DNA from: Candidatus Gorgyraea atricola
GTDB taxonomy: Bacteria > Omnitrophota > Gorgyraeia > Gorgyraeales > Gorgyraeaceae
Reading direction: 5' to 3'
NCBI GenBank assembly: GCA_030765235.1
Contig: JAVCCW010000010.1
Location: forward strand, 94,907-158,906
DNA length: 64,000 nucleotides
This document shows positions 50,235-59,605 of the stretch, one piece after another. Positions within the stretch are counted from its first letter, which is position 1, and every line of letters starts with the position of its first letter. The notes under the pieces are model-generated. The model was not told the DNA's origin. It saw nothing but the letters and a program-made list of their open reading frames with translations, and made no database searches. A program made the translations under genes and the position numbers.

Positions 50235-52411
50235 GATTCGGAAGATTCTTCTTCCTTAATCTTGTATTCAGCTATCAGGATCTCTCTTGGCTTACTGCCT
50301 CTAAATGGGCCTACTATGCTTTCCTCTTCCATCGCGTCTATTAATCGCGCAGCCCTGGTGTAGCCCAGCCTGAGCCTGCGCTGCAGCATTGAAACAGAGG
50401 CCTGGCCTGTCTCAAGCACCATCTTTACTGCTTCGTCGAAAAACTCGTCCTTTTTAAAACCGCCTCGCCCAGACATGCTTTTTTTCTGCTGTTCAAGTAT
50501 TGCATCATCATAGATAGGATCTCTTTGTTCCTTTACTGAATTAACGACTTTTTCTATTTCAGCGTCTGTCAGGAGCGTACCTTGCGCGCGTACGGGCTTT
50601 GCGTTGCCAGGCTCTAAAAACAGCATATCGCCCTTGCCCAATAACTTATCCGCGCCATTCATATCTAAAACAGTCCTTGAATCCACTTTCGACGCCACTT
50701 TGAATGAGATCCTTGCTGGAAAATTCGCTTTTATTACACCTGTTACAACATCCACGGACGGCCGCTGCGTCGCGAGTATTATATGTATGCCCACTGCCCT
50801 TGAAAGCTGCGCGAGCCTCGTGATCGCATTCTCAACATCCTGCTGCGCTACTATCATAAGGTCTGCCAGCTCATCTATGATCACTACAAGATAAGGCATC
50901 TTTTCGCTGGATTTCTGGTTAAAGGCGTCTATGTTTCTCGCTACAGCCTTTGCAAGCTTCTTATATCTCACTTCCATCTCACTCACGACCCATTCAAGAA
51001 CGCCTGATGCCTTTTTTGAATCTGTAACCACAGGGCACAGAAGATGCGGCAGGCCATTATAGATAGCCAGCTCCACCATCTTTGGGTCCACCATTATGAA
51101 TTTCAATTCATCAGGCGTTGCATTATATATCATGCTCATTATCAAAGAATTCACGCACACAGTCTTGCCAGAGCCAGTAGTACCCGCGATCAAAAGATGC
51201 GGCATGTCGCCAAGATCTGCCACTACGCTCCTCCCAGCAATATCTTTTCCAAGCGCTATGGCAAGCTTTGAAGAGCCTGCCTGTTTCTGATATTCGCGAG
51301 ATTCAAGGATCTCTCTTAAGCCCACAAGGGATGTACTTTGATTCGGGACCTCTATGCCCACTGCTGATTTGCCCGGTATAGGGGCCACGATCCTGACTGT
51401 AGTCGCCTTCATAGTAAGCGCAATGTCATCACTTAAGGCTGTGATCTTATTCACCTTTACGCCAGGCGCTGGCTGCAGCTCGTACCTGGTAATAACAGGT
51501 CCCTTGTTTATCTCTACCACCTTTGCATCTATGCCAAAATCCTGCAAGGTATCCTCTAATACCCTGGCACTTCCTTCTAAATCCTCGCCCTTAATCTTCT
51601 CTGGCTCAGATGAAGGCATATTTAATAATTCCAAAGAAGGAAGCTTGTAGTCTCCGACTATCCTTGGTGTAAGTTTAACTGGTTTTTTAGGGGCAGGTTT
51701 TGGTTGAGCGAATATCTTAGGTTTTGGCAATACGATCCTCGGCGCAACTGGCCTCTCTACCTTTTTCTCTTCCTTGTCCCTTGTCCCTTGTCCCTTGTCC
51801 CTTGTCCCCAAGTTAACCGCCGGTCTCAACTTAGGCCTATCCTTAACCCTGACCCTCTTCTTGCTCGCCATCCCCGATATCAATTTCCATGCGCGGCCAA
51901 ATAAAAATGAAAAAATAGGTATAATCAAAAACTCTGTAGCAACCATGAGCGACAGGATAGCCAATGCAAGGGTTACTATGTATCCGCCGATCCCGCCAAA
52001 GTATCCAAGAATCTTGCTCGAAACAAAAAAACCAATAAGCCCGCCCCTCTCGACCGAAAGAACAGAATCTCCTGCGGCTGTAAGACTGAAGAACGCGCTG
52101 GCTGAGCTAAAAAGCAGCCCCAATCCTAAAAACCTGAACAAAGGTTTTTGTTCTAATCTTTCAGCGAGAATACCAATACCCCACGTGAAACACAAGAATG
52201 GAATAAGAAAACCCGCATAGCCCACTACCTTAAACACAAGCCACGCAAGATACGCGCCCACTATGCCAATATAATTTCTAACATGCAGATTCGGGGAGGA
52301 TGTTTCAAAGGAAATATCGTAAGGAGAGTAAGAAACCATTGCCGCCAGTAAAATCACTGCCAGCGCGAATAAGCTAAGCGAGATCAGTAAATCTTTCTTA
52401 TCTCTTGTCAT
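50228..52411 (-). CDS. ftsK: DNA translocase FtsK
   Basis: N-terminal TMs, PHLLIAGTTGSGK, IDELAD, ATQRPS and gamma domain LQRRLRLGYTRA. Confidence 0.97.
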   Translation of the reverse strand: MTRDKKDLLISLSLFALAVILLAAMVSYSPYDISFETSSPNLHVRNYIGIVGAYLAWLVFKVVGYAGFLIPFLCFTWGIGILAERLEQKPLFRFLGLGLLFSSASAFFSLTAAGDSVLSVERGGLIGFFVSSKILGYFGGIGGYIVTLALAILSLMVATEFLIIPIFSFLFGRAWKLISGMASKKRVRVKDRPKLRPAVNLGTRDKGQGTRDKEEKKVERPVAPRIVLPKPKIFAQPKPAPKKPVKLTPRIVGDYKLPSLELLNMPSSEPEKIKGEDLEGSARVLEDTLQDFGIDAKVVEINKGPVITRYELQPAPGVKVNKITALSDDIALTMKATTVRIVAPIPGKSAVGIEVPNQSTSLVGLREILESREYQKQAGSSKLAIALGKDIAGRSVVADLGDMPHLLIAGTTGSGKTVCVNSLIMSMIYNATPDELKFIMVDPKMVELAIYNGLPHLLCPVVTDSKKASGVLEWVVSEMEVRYKKLAKAVARNIDAFNQKSSEKMPYLVVIIDELADLMIVAQQDVENAITRLAQLSRAVGIHIILATQRPSVDVVTGVIKANFPARISFKVASKVDSRTVLDMNGADKLLGKGDMLFLEPGNAKPVRAQGTLLTDAEIEKVVNSVKEQRDPIYDDAILEQQKKSMSGRGGFKKDEFFDEAVKMVLETGQASVSMLQRRLRLGYTRAARLIDAMEEESIVGPFRGSKPREILIAEYKIKEEESSESV
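51774..51808. repeat. perfect (TTGTCCC)5 inside the ftsK linker
   Basis: Translates as GTRDKGQGTRDK. Confidence 0.9.
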
Positions 52412-52413
52412 TT

Positions 52414-52451
52414 TCCCGTTTCCCGTTAGCCCGTTGCCCGTTTAGCCCGTT
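52414..52451. repeat. Family F half element upstream of ftsK
   Basis: TCCCGTT TCCCGTT AGCCCGTT GCCCGTT TAGCCCGTT. Confidence 0.85.
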
Positions 52452-53190
52452 ACAAAAATAATAGAGCTACTAGCCCAAGAATAATGCAATAAATGCCAAA
52501 CAGATGAAACTTATTCTTGTAAAGCACCCTTAATAACAATTTTAATGACAAAACACCAATAATGCAAGAAGTAATAAAGCCTATTAAATAAATCGGGCTA
52601 AATCCTGTCAAGGCCGGATCTTTTATCTTAAATAAGGCCGCGCCTATTATTGCGGGAATGGCTAATAAAAATGAAAATCTCGCGGCAGCCTGGCCATCGA
52701 GCCCCAGAAATAATCCCGTGGAAATAGTCACGCCGCTCCTTGATATGCCTGGCATAACTGCAATAGCCTGGGCCAGGCCTATCAAGATTGCCTTAAGGCC
52801 TGAAATACCACCAGAGCCGAATCTAAGAAAGCTCCCAAGGATAAGCCATATGCCGGTTACAACAAGCATTGCGCCGACCATCTTGACATTGCCAAATGCT
52901 GCTTCGATCCCTTTACCAAAAAACAATACGCATAATACAGTAACAGCAGTTGCCATTAAGATAAAGAAACCTATTTTTCTCTTAACAGTAACTGCCTCTA
53001 TTATATCTTTCCAAAATACTATGAATATAGCGGCCAGAGTACCAACATGCAGAAATATATCAAAACTAAGCTGCGGCCCTTCCATACCCATCAGCTTATG
53101 CATGATCACGAGATGACCCGAGCTGGAGACTGGAAGAAATTCAGTAAGGCCTTGGACTATGCCGGAGATTAAGGCTTGGAGGAAAGTCAT
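52450..53190 (-). CDS. uppP: undecaprenyl-diphosphate phosphatase
   Basis: QGLTEFLPVSSSGH, PGISRSG and FSFLLAIP motifs. Confidence 0.95.
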   Translation of the reverse strand: MTFLQALISGIVQGLTEFLPVSSSGHLVIMHKLMGMEGPQLSFDIFLHVGTLAAIFIVFWKDIIEAVTVKRKIGFFILMATAVTVLCVLFFGKGIEAAFGNVKMVGAMLVVTGIWLILGSFLRFGSGGISGLKAILIGLAQAIAVMPGISRSGVTISTGLFLGLDGQAAARFSFLLAIPAIIGAALFKIKDPALTGFSPIYLIGFITSCIIGVLSLKLLLRVLYKNKFHLFGIYCIILGLVALLFL

Positions 53191-53202
53191 ACTTTACAGC
53201 AA

Positions 53203-53268
53203 GAGGTTACGAAGGTTATGGAAGGTTATGTAACGTTCCATAACATTACGTAACATTCCATAACCTCC
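53203..53268. repeat. Family B palindrome (short)
   Basis: GAGGTTACGAAGGTTATGGAAGGTTA ... TAACATTCCATAACCTCC. Confidence 0.85.
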
Positions 53269-53282
53269 ACGTATTAAAACAC

Positions 53283-55358
53283 TTATTCCTGCGCCTGCTT
53301 AATACTCAAATTCAACCTACCCATATCATCTATCTTAATCAGCTTGACCTTGACCTTGTCGCCTACTTTTACAGCTTCCTCGACATTTTTGACAAACTTG
53401 CCTGCCAATTCAGATACATGGATCAGGCCTTCTTTTCCAGGGAAGATCTCGCAAAACGCGCCGAAATTCATAAGACGCGTGATCGTGCCCTCAAACACAG
53501 TGCCTATCTTGATATCACCTGCTATACCTTTTATGATCTCTATGGCCCTATCAATGGCTTCCTTGTTCTCAGACGCTACTGAAACCTTACCTTCATCTCC
53601 ATCCACCTCGATGGTCGCTCCTGTTTCCTGAATGATCCTCTTTATTACCTTTCCGCCTGGCCCTATTACCGCGCCGATCTTGTCCTTATTTATAGTGATC
53701 ATCTTTATCTTTGGCGCGTACTCAGAAAGTTCCTGCCGCGGCCCTTCCATTGCTTCCTTGATCTTATTCAAGATAAATGAACGCGCGGGTTTTGTCTGCG
53801 TCATAATCTTTTTTATTAATTCCAGGTCAATACCATCGATTTTCAGATCCATCTGGAGCGCTGTGACACCTACCTCAGTGCCTGTGACTTTAAAATCCAT
53901 ATCTCCAAAATGATCTTCAATGCCCGCGATATCAGTCAGGATCATGGCCTTGTCCCCATCTTTTACCAGACCCATGGCAATACCAGATACAGGTCTTTTT
54001 ATAGGTACGCCCGCGTCCATCAAAGAAAGCGTGCTCGCGCACACTGTTGCCATGCTGCTCGAACCATTTGACTCAAGTATCTCAGATACGATCCTTACTG
54101 TATAAGGAAATTCCTCAGCAGATGGCATCACTGCCTCAAGCGCCCTTGCTGCTAAAGCGCCATGCCCGATCTCACGCCTTCCAGGACCTCTTGCAGGCCT
54201 TGCCTCTCCCACGCTAAACGGAGGAAAGTTATAATGCAGCATAAAACTCTTGAACTTCTCGCCTTCCAGTGTATCAAGCCTCTGCTCATCATCGCCAGTG
54301 CCCAATGTCGTTACAGACAGACTCTGCGTCTGTCCTCTTGTGAATAACCCTGAGCCATGCGTCCTGGGCAGCACCCCGACTTCACACGTGATCTCCCTTA
54401 TGTCCTCACACTTCCTGCCATCTACTCTTTTCTTTTTTTCTAATATAAACTTGCGGACCTCTTCCTTCTCGATCTTCTCAAGCGCGCTCTTTATATCCGC
54501 GTCTTCTAAGGTCTCGTCCTGCGCCTTTAACTTTTCTATGACCTCTTTGCTCAGGATACTCAAAGCCTCTTCTCTCTGCTCCTTTATAGGAAGAGAGTTA
54601 ACTTTATTCAATCCTGACAGAGAAAGCTTTTTAACCTTCTCGCATAACTCATCTGAGACAAGCTTCAATTCAGGCTTGATCTTTTTCTTGCCTGCTTTTT
54701 TCTTTAATTCCTCTTGTAGTTCAATTGTCTCAGCTATGTATTTCTGGGCAAGCTCTATTGCCTCGACCATCTTTTCTTCTGATATCTCGCTTGCTCCTGC
54801 CTCGAGCATAACGATCTTGTCCTTCATGCCTACCGCGACCAGATTTAAAGCGCTGTTCTCCATCTCATCAAATGTAGGATTCACGATAAATTTATCTTCT
54901 ACTAATCCTATCCTCACAGCGCCCACAGGCCCTGCGAACGGTATATCTGAGATCGTCAATGCGGCTGAGGCGCCTATCAAGGCAGGTATGTCAGAATTAT
55001 TTTCTCCATCGCTTGAAAGCACTATTGCGAATATCTGCACGTCATTTAAAAACCCCTCTGGAAATAACGGCCTTATAGGCCTATCTATGAGCCTGGCGGT
55101 CAGGATCTCTTTTTCCGTAGGCCTTCCTTCTCTTTTGAAATATCCACCGGGTATCTTACCCGCAGCATATGTCTTTTCCTGGTATTCCACTGTAAGAGGG
55201 AAAAAGCCGATACCCTTCCTCTGTTCTTTTGAACTGACAGCAGTAGCCAGGACCATGGTATCTCCATACTGCACACACACAGAACCGCTTGCCTGCTTTG
55301 CCATTTTCCCGGTTTCAATAACTAAATTCTCTTTTCCTATCTTTCTTTCGACTTTCAT
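53283..55358 (-). CDS. pnp: polyribonucleotide nucleotidyltransferase
   Basis: FFPLTVEY, RREIGHG, SNGSSS and GDMDFK motifs; KH and S1 domains. Confidence 0.98.
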   Translation of the reverse strand: MKVERKIGKENLVIETGKMAKQASGSVCVQYGDTMVLATAVSSKEQRKGIGFFPLTVEYQEKTYAAGKIPGGYFKREGRPTEKEILTARLIDRPIRPLFPEGFLNDVQIFAIVLSSDGENNSDIPALIGASAALTISDIPFAGPVGAVRIGLVEDKFIVNPTFDEMENSALNLVAVGMKDKIVMLEAGASEISEEKMVEAIELAQKYIAETIELQEELKKKAGKKKIKPELKLVSDELCEKVKKLSLSGLNKVNSLPIKEQREEALSILSKEVIEKLKAQDETLEDADIKSALEKIEKEEVRKFILEKKKRVDGRKCEDIREITCEVGVLPRTHGSGLFTRGQTQSLSVTTLGTGDDEQRLDTLEGEKFKSFMLHYNFPPFSVGEARPARGPGRREIGHGALAARALEAVMPSAEEFPYTVRIVSEILESNGSSSMATVCASTLSLMDAGVPIKRPVSGIAMGLVKDGDKAMILTDIAGIEDHFGDMDFKVTGTEVGVTALQMDLKIDGIDLELIKKIMTQTKPARSFILNKIKEAMEGPRQELSEYAPKIKMITINKDKIGAVIGPGGKVIKRIIQETGATIEVDGDEGKVSVASENKEAIDRAIEIIKGIAGDIKIGTVFEGTITRLMNFGAFCEIFPGKEGLIHVSELAGKFVKNVEEAVKVGDKVKVKLIKIDDMGRLNLSIKQAQE

Positions 55359-55380
55359 TGAAGACTCCCTTTCTTAGTTG

Positions 55381-55451
55381 TAGCTTTCAGCCCTCAACTC
55401 TCAGCTCTCAGCCTTAAAAGCTGAAAGCTGACAGCTGATCGCTGAAAGCTA
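55381..55451. repeat. Family G heptamer palindrome (AGCTCTC / AGCTGAN)
   Basis: TAGCTTTCAGCCCTCAACTCTCAGCTCTCAGC ... GCTGAAAGCTGACAGCTGATCGCTGAAAGCTA. Confidence 0.85.
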
Positions 55452-55524
55452 TCGTTATAATAAAAGCGGATCTGCCGACCCTAATTACCTGCTTAGCGAC
55501 CCAGGTCGTTAAATCCGCCCTTCA

Positions 55525-55794
55525 TTATTTCTTTAAGTTTAACTTTTTTACGAGCTCGCGATACTTGTCAGTATTTTCTCTTCTTAAATACTCCAAGAGT
55601 CTTTTTCTCTGACTGACCAAACGTAAAAGACCTACCCTGGAATGATAATCCTTCTTATGAGCTTTAAAATGCCCTGTAAGGTTATTAATCCTATTGGTAA
55701 GCAATGCTACCTGCACACTGCAGGAGCCTGTGTCTTTTTCGTGCTCAGCAAAATCCTTCACGATCCCTTGTTTTGCATCCTTCGCTAATACCAT
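55525..55794 (-). CDS. rpsO: 30S ribosomal protein S15
   Basis: [13 protein letters not shown] and HKKDYHSR motifs; rpsO-pnp synteny. Confidence 0.97.
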   Translation of the reverse strand: MVLAKDAKQGIVKDFAEHEKDTGSCSVQVALLTNRINNLTGHFKAHKKDYHSRVGLLRLVSQRKRLLEYLRRENTDKYRELVKKLNLKK

Positions 55795-55821
55795 TTTTCT
55801 CTCCTTTGAGCTGAAATTATA

Positions 55822-56748
55822 CTATTTTTTACCCCTGCGGTCAAGCAATTTCTTCACGACCAACATATATCCCAATATCTTTAACTCATATAATACTATA
55901 AAAGGTAGATTCAATAATATGCCACGTAATGAATCATTCTTTTTTATGCATAAGTATCTATTCTTAATATACCTTCTCTTCAACTCCTCAGAAATACGGT
56001 GGACTAGGGGTTGGGGTGTCCTGTGAGTGGGAGGATCCACACCGGGCGGAGGGGCCCACGAACAGGATACCCCGACCTCTAGTCCACCCGCAGTTCCCCC
56101 TCTCACATGATACGCTAGTGCCTTCGGGTTATAATATGCTTTCCAATCCTTCTTCTGTGCTCTCCAACATAAGTCTAGATCTTCGTAATACATGTCAAAT
56201 CTCTCGTCAAAATATCCATATTTATCCCTTACATTCTTCAGCATGCTTTTTCTTAAAAAAGCGCATGCGCCGCTGGCTCCAAATACATATCCTGGCTCAT
56301 CATACTGCCCCTTGTCTACCTTTCCATAGCCTCTCTCGACTGGCTTTCTATTCTTGCCTAAAAATAATCCTGTTGAATCTATGGTCTTTTTATCCATTCT
56401 TAATATTTTTCCGCTTACCATGCCGATTCGCGTATCAAGACCTATCGCCAATAGAACCTGCCTCAGATAATCTTTGTCCAACACGCAGTCGTTATTCAGG
56501 CATAAGACAAAATTCCCTTTTGACGCATCAATGCCCTGATTCTGCGCTTTACAAAAAAGAAGGTTGCTGGTATTTCTGATCAATTGAACATCCGAATAAT
56601 ACATGGCTACCATCTCGATACTGCCATCGGTAGAGGCATTATCTACAACAATAGTCTCAATATCCTGAAAATTCTGTCCCCTTACGGAGTCCAGACACTG
56701 CCTCAACAAATCTTTCCTGTTGTAATTGACAATTATTATTGATATCAT
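55822..56748 (-). CDS. GT2 glycosyltransferase carrying a palindromic insertion
   Basis: ISIIIVNYN, VDNASTDGS, LNND and YYEDLDLCWR motifs; probable start at MISIII. Confidence 0.88.
   Translation of the reverse strand: MISIIIVNYNRKDLLRQCLDSVRGQNFQDIETIVVDNASTDGSIEMVAMYYSDVQLIRNTSNLLFCKAQNQGIDASKGNFVLCLNNDCVLDKDYLRQVLLAIGLDTRIGMVSGKILRMDKKTIDSTGLFLGKNRKPVERGYGKVDKGQYDEPGYVFGASGACAFLRKSMLKNVRDKYGYFDERFDMYYEDLDLCWRAQKKDWKAYYNPKALAYHVRGGTAGGLEVGVSCSWAPPPGVDPPTHRTPQPLVHRISEELKRRYIKNRYLCIKKNDSLRGILLNLPFIVLYELKILGYMLVVKKLLDRRGKK
55998..56088 (+). repeat. GC-rich irregular hairpin inserted in-frame in the GT2 gene
   Basis: GGTGGACTAGGGGTTGGGGTGTCCTGT ... ACAGGATACCCCGACCTCTAGTCCACC. Confidence 0.82.
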
Positions 56749-56763
56749 AGATTTAATTATATC

Positions 56764-57945
56764 ATGAATCAAACAGAAACCAAACCCTTATCACCCCTCA
56801 TATTTATTCCCTTATTATCCCTTATCTTCATCCGGCCTTTCATCTCTGGCCTTGCATACCCGGCCTTTGAGATGTTTTATGAAAACATCTTGATATTCCT
56901 TGCTATCATGATCTTATTCATGGAAAGATCCAGATTTAAACTGTATCCTAAAAATTTCAGTAACTTCCCTGTAATATTCCTATTATTTGCCTATGCTATT
57001 TCAACTATATTCTCGATCAACATACAAAACTCTATTAGAGAAACGCTTAAATTCATCAGTTTCTTTGCCATATTCTTTATGGTTTCCCAATCTGATGAAA
57101 AACAAAAGAAACTGCTGCTAAAGACCATTGTCATAGCTGCTTCAATAATAAGTCTGTATTCAATATACCAGTACTTCTGGGGATATGGACGCACACTAGA
57201 TTATCTACAAAAAACCAACAGCGATTTTCTCTCCACCTCTTCCTATGCCCGCGACATCCTGCTCTCAAAACGCGCAATAGGAACATTTCCCTCTCCGAAT
57301 ATCTTAGCTGGATACTTGATAATAATGTTTTTTCTCGCAATGCACTTACAGCGTCGCATTTCGCTAGTTCTAATCACTGCTGCGTTAATCCTCACTAAAT
57401 CCATGGGCGCGTGGTTAAGTCTTATTGCTGCACTGATCTACCTCGGTAACTTCGTAAGTTACCCAAAGGGTAACTTACGAAGTTACCGAGGTAAGTTAAT
57501 GGCAGTATTAATCGTAGCTATACTATGTTTTATCCTCGTGAATCGCTGGGAACGCCTGATGAACATGGAAAACCCGCAAAATTCCATTACCCAGCGCCTA
57601 AACTACTGGCGCACAGCCATAGCCATAATAAAAGATCAGGCTATTTTTGGAGTCGGACCTGGTAATTTTCAAGAAGTCTTCTTGGGGCATAAGGTAGGCT
57701 TAGGCACAGATACAAGATACGCGCATAACATATTTCTTCACATATGGTCAGAAATAGGTATCTTAGGTCTTGTAGGAGTCTTTTACCTTATTATTAATTT
57801 TTTCAGAAAAGCCAGATCTCAATCCAGCTATAGATTTATACTGTGCGGCGGGCTTGTGTTTATCCTGCATAATCTCATAGATAATACCTTTTTCATGCCT
57901 CAAGCTGCACTCTTCTGGTGGATATTACTGGCTTCTAAGGAATAG
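56764..57945 (+). CDS. O-antigen ligase-like membrane protein
   Basis: Many TMs, GTFPSPN, LTKSMG, RLNYW, GVGPGNF and AHN motifs. Confidence 0.85.
   Translation: MNQTETKPLSPLIFIPLLSLIFIRPFISGLAYPAFEMFYENILIFLAIMILFMERSRFKLYPKNFSNFPVIFLLFAYAISTIFSINIQNSIRETLKFISFFAIFFMVSQSDEKQKKLLLKTIVIAASIISLYSIYQYFWGYGRTLDYLQKTNSDFLSTSSYARDILLSKRAIGTFPSPNILAGYLIIMFFLAMHLQRRISLVLITAALILTKSMGAWLSLIAALIYLGNFVSYPKGNLRSYRGKLMAVLIVAILCFILVNRWERLMNMENPQNSITQRLNYWRTAIAIIKDQAIFGVGPGNFQEVFLGHKVGLGTDTRYAHNIFLHIWSEIGILGLVGVFYLIINFFRKARSQSSYRFILCGGLVFILHNLIDNTFFMPQAALFWWILLASKE
57439..57493. repeat. perfect 26-bp inverted repeat in-frame in the O-antigen ligase-like gene
   Basis: TACCTCGGTAACTTCGTAAGTTACCC-aaa-GGGTAACTTACGAAGTTACCGAGGTA. 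Confidence 0.88.
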
Positions 57946-59603
57946 ACCCTATCCACGGCCATAAGTGTCGATGATCTATGAGAAACAGTAATCAGGCTTA
58001 TTTCTCCAAGGAGCTGTTTTATATTCAATAATATCTTTTCCTCGCTGGCTGAATCCACAGAAGACATTGCCTCATCAAGGATCAGGATCCTGGGCCTTTT
58101 AATTATTGCACGGGCAATGGCGATCCTTTGCTTTTGTCCTTCTGATATCTTGCAGGCATTTTCACCTATAACCGTTTCATATCCATCAGGAAGATTATTT
58201 ATAAAATCATCGGCCAAAGAATGCCTGGCGGCCTCACATATCTCAGCCCTACTCGCGTTCTTTTTTCCATAGGCAATATTGTTCGCTACAGTATCGTTGA
58301 ACAAAAAAGGTTCCTGCAATGCCATGCCGATCTGTTCTTTTAGGCTCCCCATCTTCATGTCCTTGATATTGACACCATCAATAAGGATCTCTCCCTGCCA
58401 TGGATCATAAAGCCTTACGATTAAATTCAATAATGTGGTCTTGCCAGCGCCTGAAGGCGCAAAAAAACCAATATGCTTATTGCCTTCTATTGAAAAACTT
58501 AGATCCTTTAGGATAGGCTTGCCCGGCATATATCCAAAGCTAACGTTTTTAAATTGTATATTGCCTTGACTGAAAACAATGTTTCTTGCGCCTTTGTCCT
58601 CAATGACCATCCCTTCTTCATCTAAAATAGCAGCCACCCTTTGACAGGAGATAAGCCCCAATACAGCTGTTTGAAAAAATCCTACAAAGCTATTCTGCAT
58701 AGCTACTAGCTGCCCCAGGTAGACCAATATCGCTGCAAGACTTCCAAGACTCATTTCTCCCCTGATAACCATATATCCGCCGTAAAAACTAATAAGGCCT
58801 ATAATGATCTTACTCCCCGCATTCGCGGCAAAAGCGCCAAAGATATCCAGCCTTACACTGCTAAGCTCTATCTTTATATTGTCCATCAACTGCCTCAGGT
58901 ATTTCTTCGTCTCGACATTTTCTTTATTAAATACCTTAATAAGAGGGATGTGAGAAAAAAGCTCCTGAATGGATTTAAAAATATTCTGAGAATTCCCGAT
59001 CAATCTTTCCCAGACCTTCCTTCTTTTATTGATAAAATAATATGACGGTAAATAGAGGAAGGGTGTGAGAAAAAAAGCGAGGACTGCAATCCTCCAGTTA
59101 AGATGCGATATAATAATAAGGATAAGCACAAGTTTAGGAAAAAGGGCTATGGCCCGAGGAAGCGTAGTCGCAACAAGATCTTTTACCCTGCTAATATCGT
59201 GATCGATCTTATAAAGATGCTCCCCTGTGCTTTTATTTTGAAACCAGCTAAGCGGAAGGATCTCTATCTTTTTAAAAACCTTCTTGTTTAGATCAAATTT
59301 TATTCTTAATTTTACATATCTCTCTAAATATTGCCCGAACCCGTTTATAATTCCTATAACAATAAAAACTGCCCCGCCTATGATTACCAGAATGACAAAG
59401 GTCTTTAAATCCTTATTTCCTATTGCCTTATCAACGACTAATTTTGTCAAATACGGATTGATCAGCCCCAGCAATGCCCCAAAACCACTCAGGAAGATAA
59501 TTGCTGCCCATTTTTCTCTATAAGGCAAGAGTAATTTTATAAATCTTAAGAAAAGCGCCTGCTGTTTCTTGTCTAATCTTATTTTATGCCGGGAAAAATT
59601 CAT
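57900..59603 (-). CDS. ABC exporter (fused TMD and NBD)
   Basis: TM domain, APSGAGKT, ISEGQKQR and LILDE motifs; no C39 peptidase domain. Confidence 0.9.
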   Translation of the reverse strand: MNFSRHKIRLDKKQQALFLRFIKLLLPYREKWAAIIFLSGFGALLGLINPYLTKLVVDKAIGNKDLKTFVILVIIGGAVFIVIGIINGFGQYLERYVKLRIKFDLNKKVFKKIEILPLSWFQNKSTGEHLYKIDHDISRVKDLVATTLPRAIALFPKLVLILIIISHLNWRIAVLAFFLTPFLYLPSYYFINKRRKVWERLIGNSQNIFKSIQELFSHIPLIKVFNKENVETKKYLRQLMDNIKIELSSVRLDIFGAFAANAGSKIIIGLISFYGGYMVIRGEMSLGSLAAILVYLGQLVAMQNSFVGFFQTAVLGLISCQRVAAILDEEGMVIEDKGARNIVFSQGNIQFKNVSFGYMPGKPILKDLSFSIEGNKHIGFFAPSGAGKTTLLNLIVRLYDPWQGEILIDGVNIKDMKMGSLKEQIGMALQEPFLFNDTVANNIAYGKKNASRAEICEAARHSLADDFINNLPDGYETVIGENACKISEGQKQRIAIARAIIKRPRILILDEAMSSVDSASEEKILLNIKQLLGEISLITVSHRSSTLMAVDRVYSLEASNIHQKSAA

Positions 59604-59605
59604 AT

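Noticed and set aside
54250-55377. 375-aa plus-strand ORF
   Set aside because: Antisense shadow of pnp with Ser-rich, motif-free composition
55464-55520. Structured element between rpsO and pnp as a novel ncRNA
   Set aside because: Adequately explained as an rpsO terminator or pnp leader processing stem
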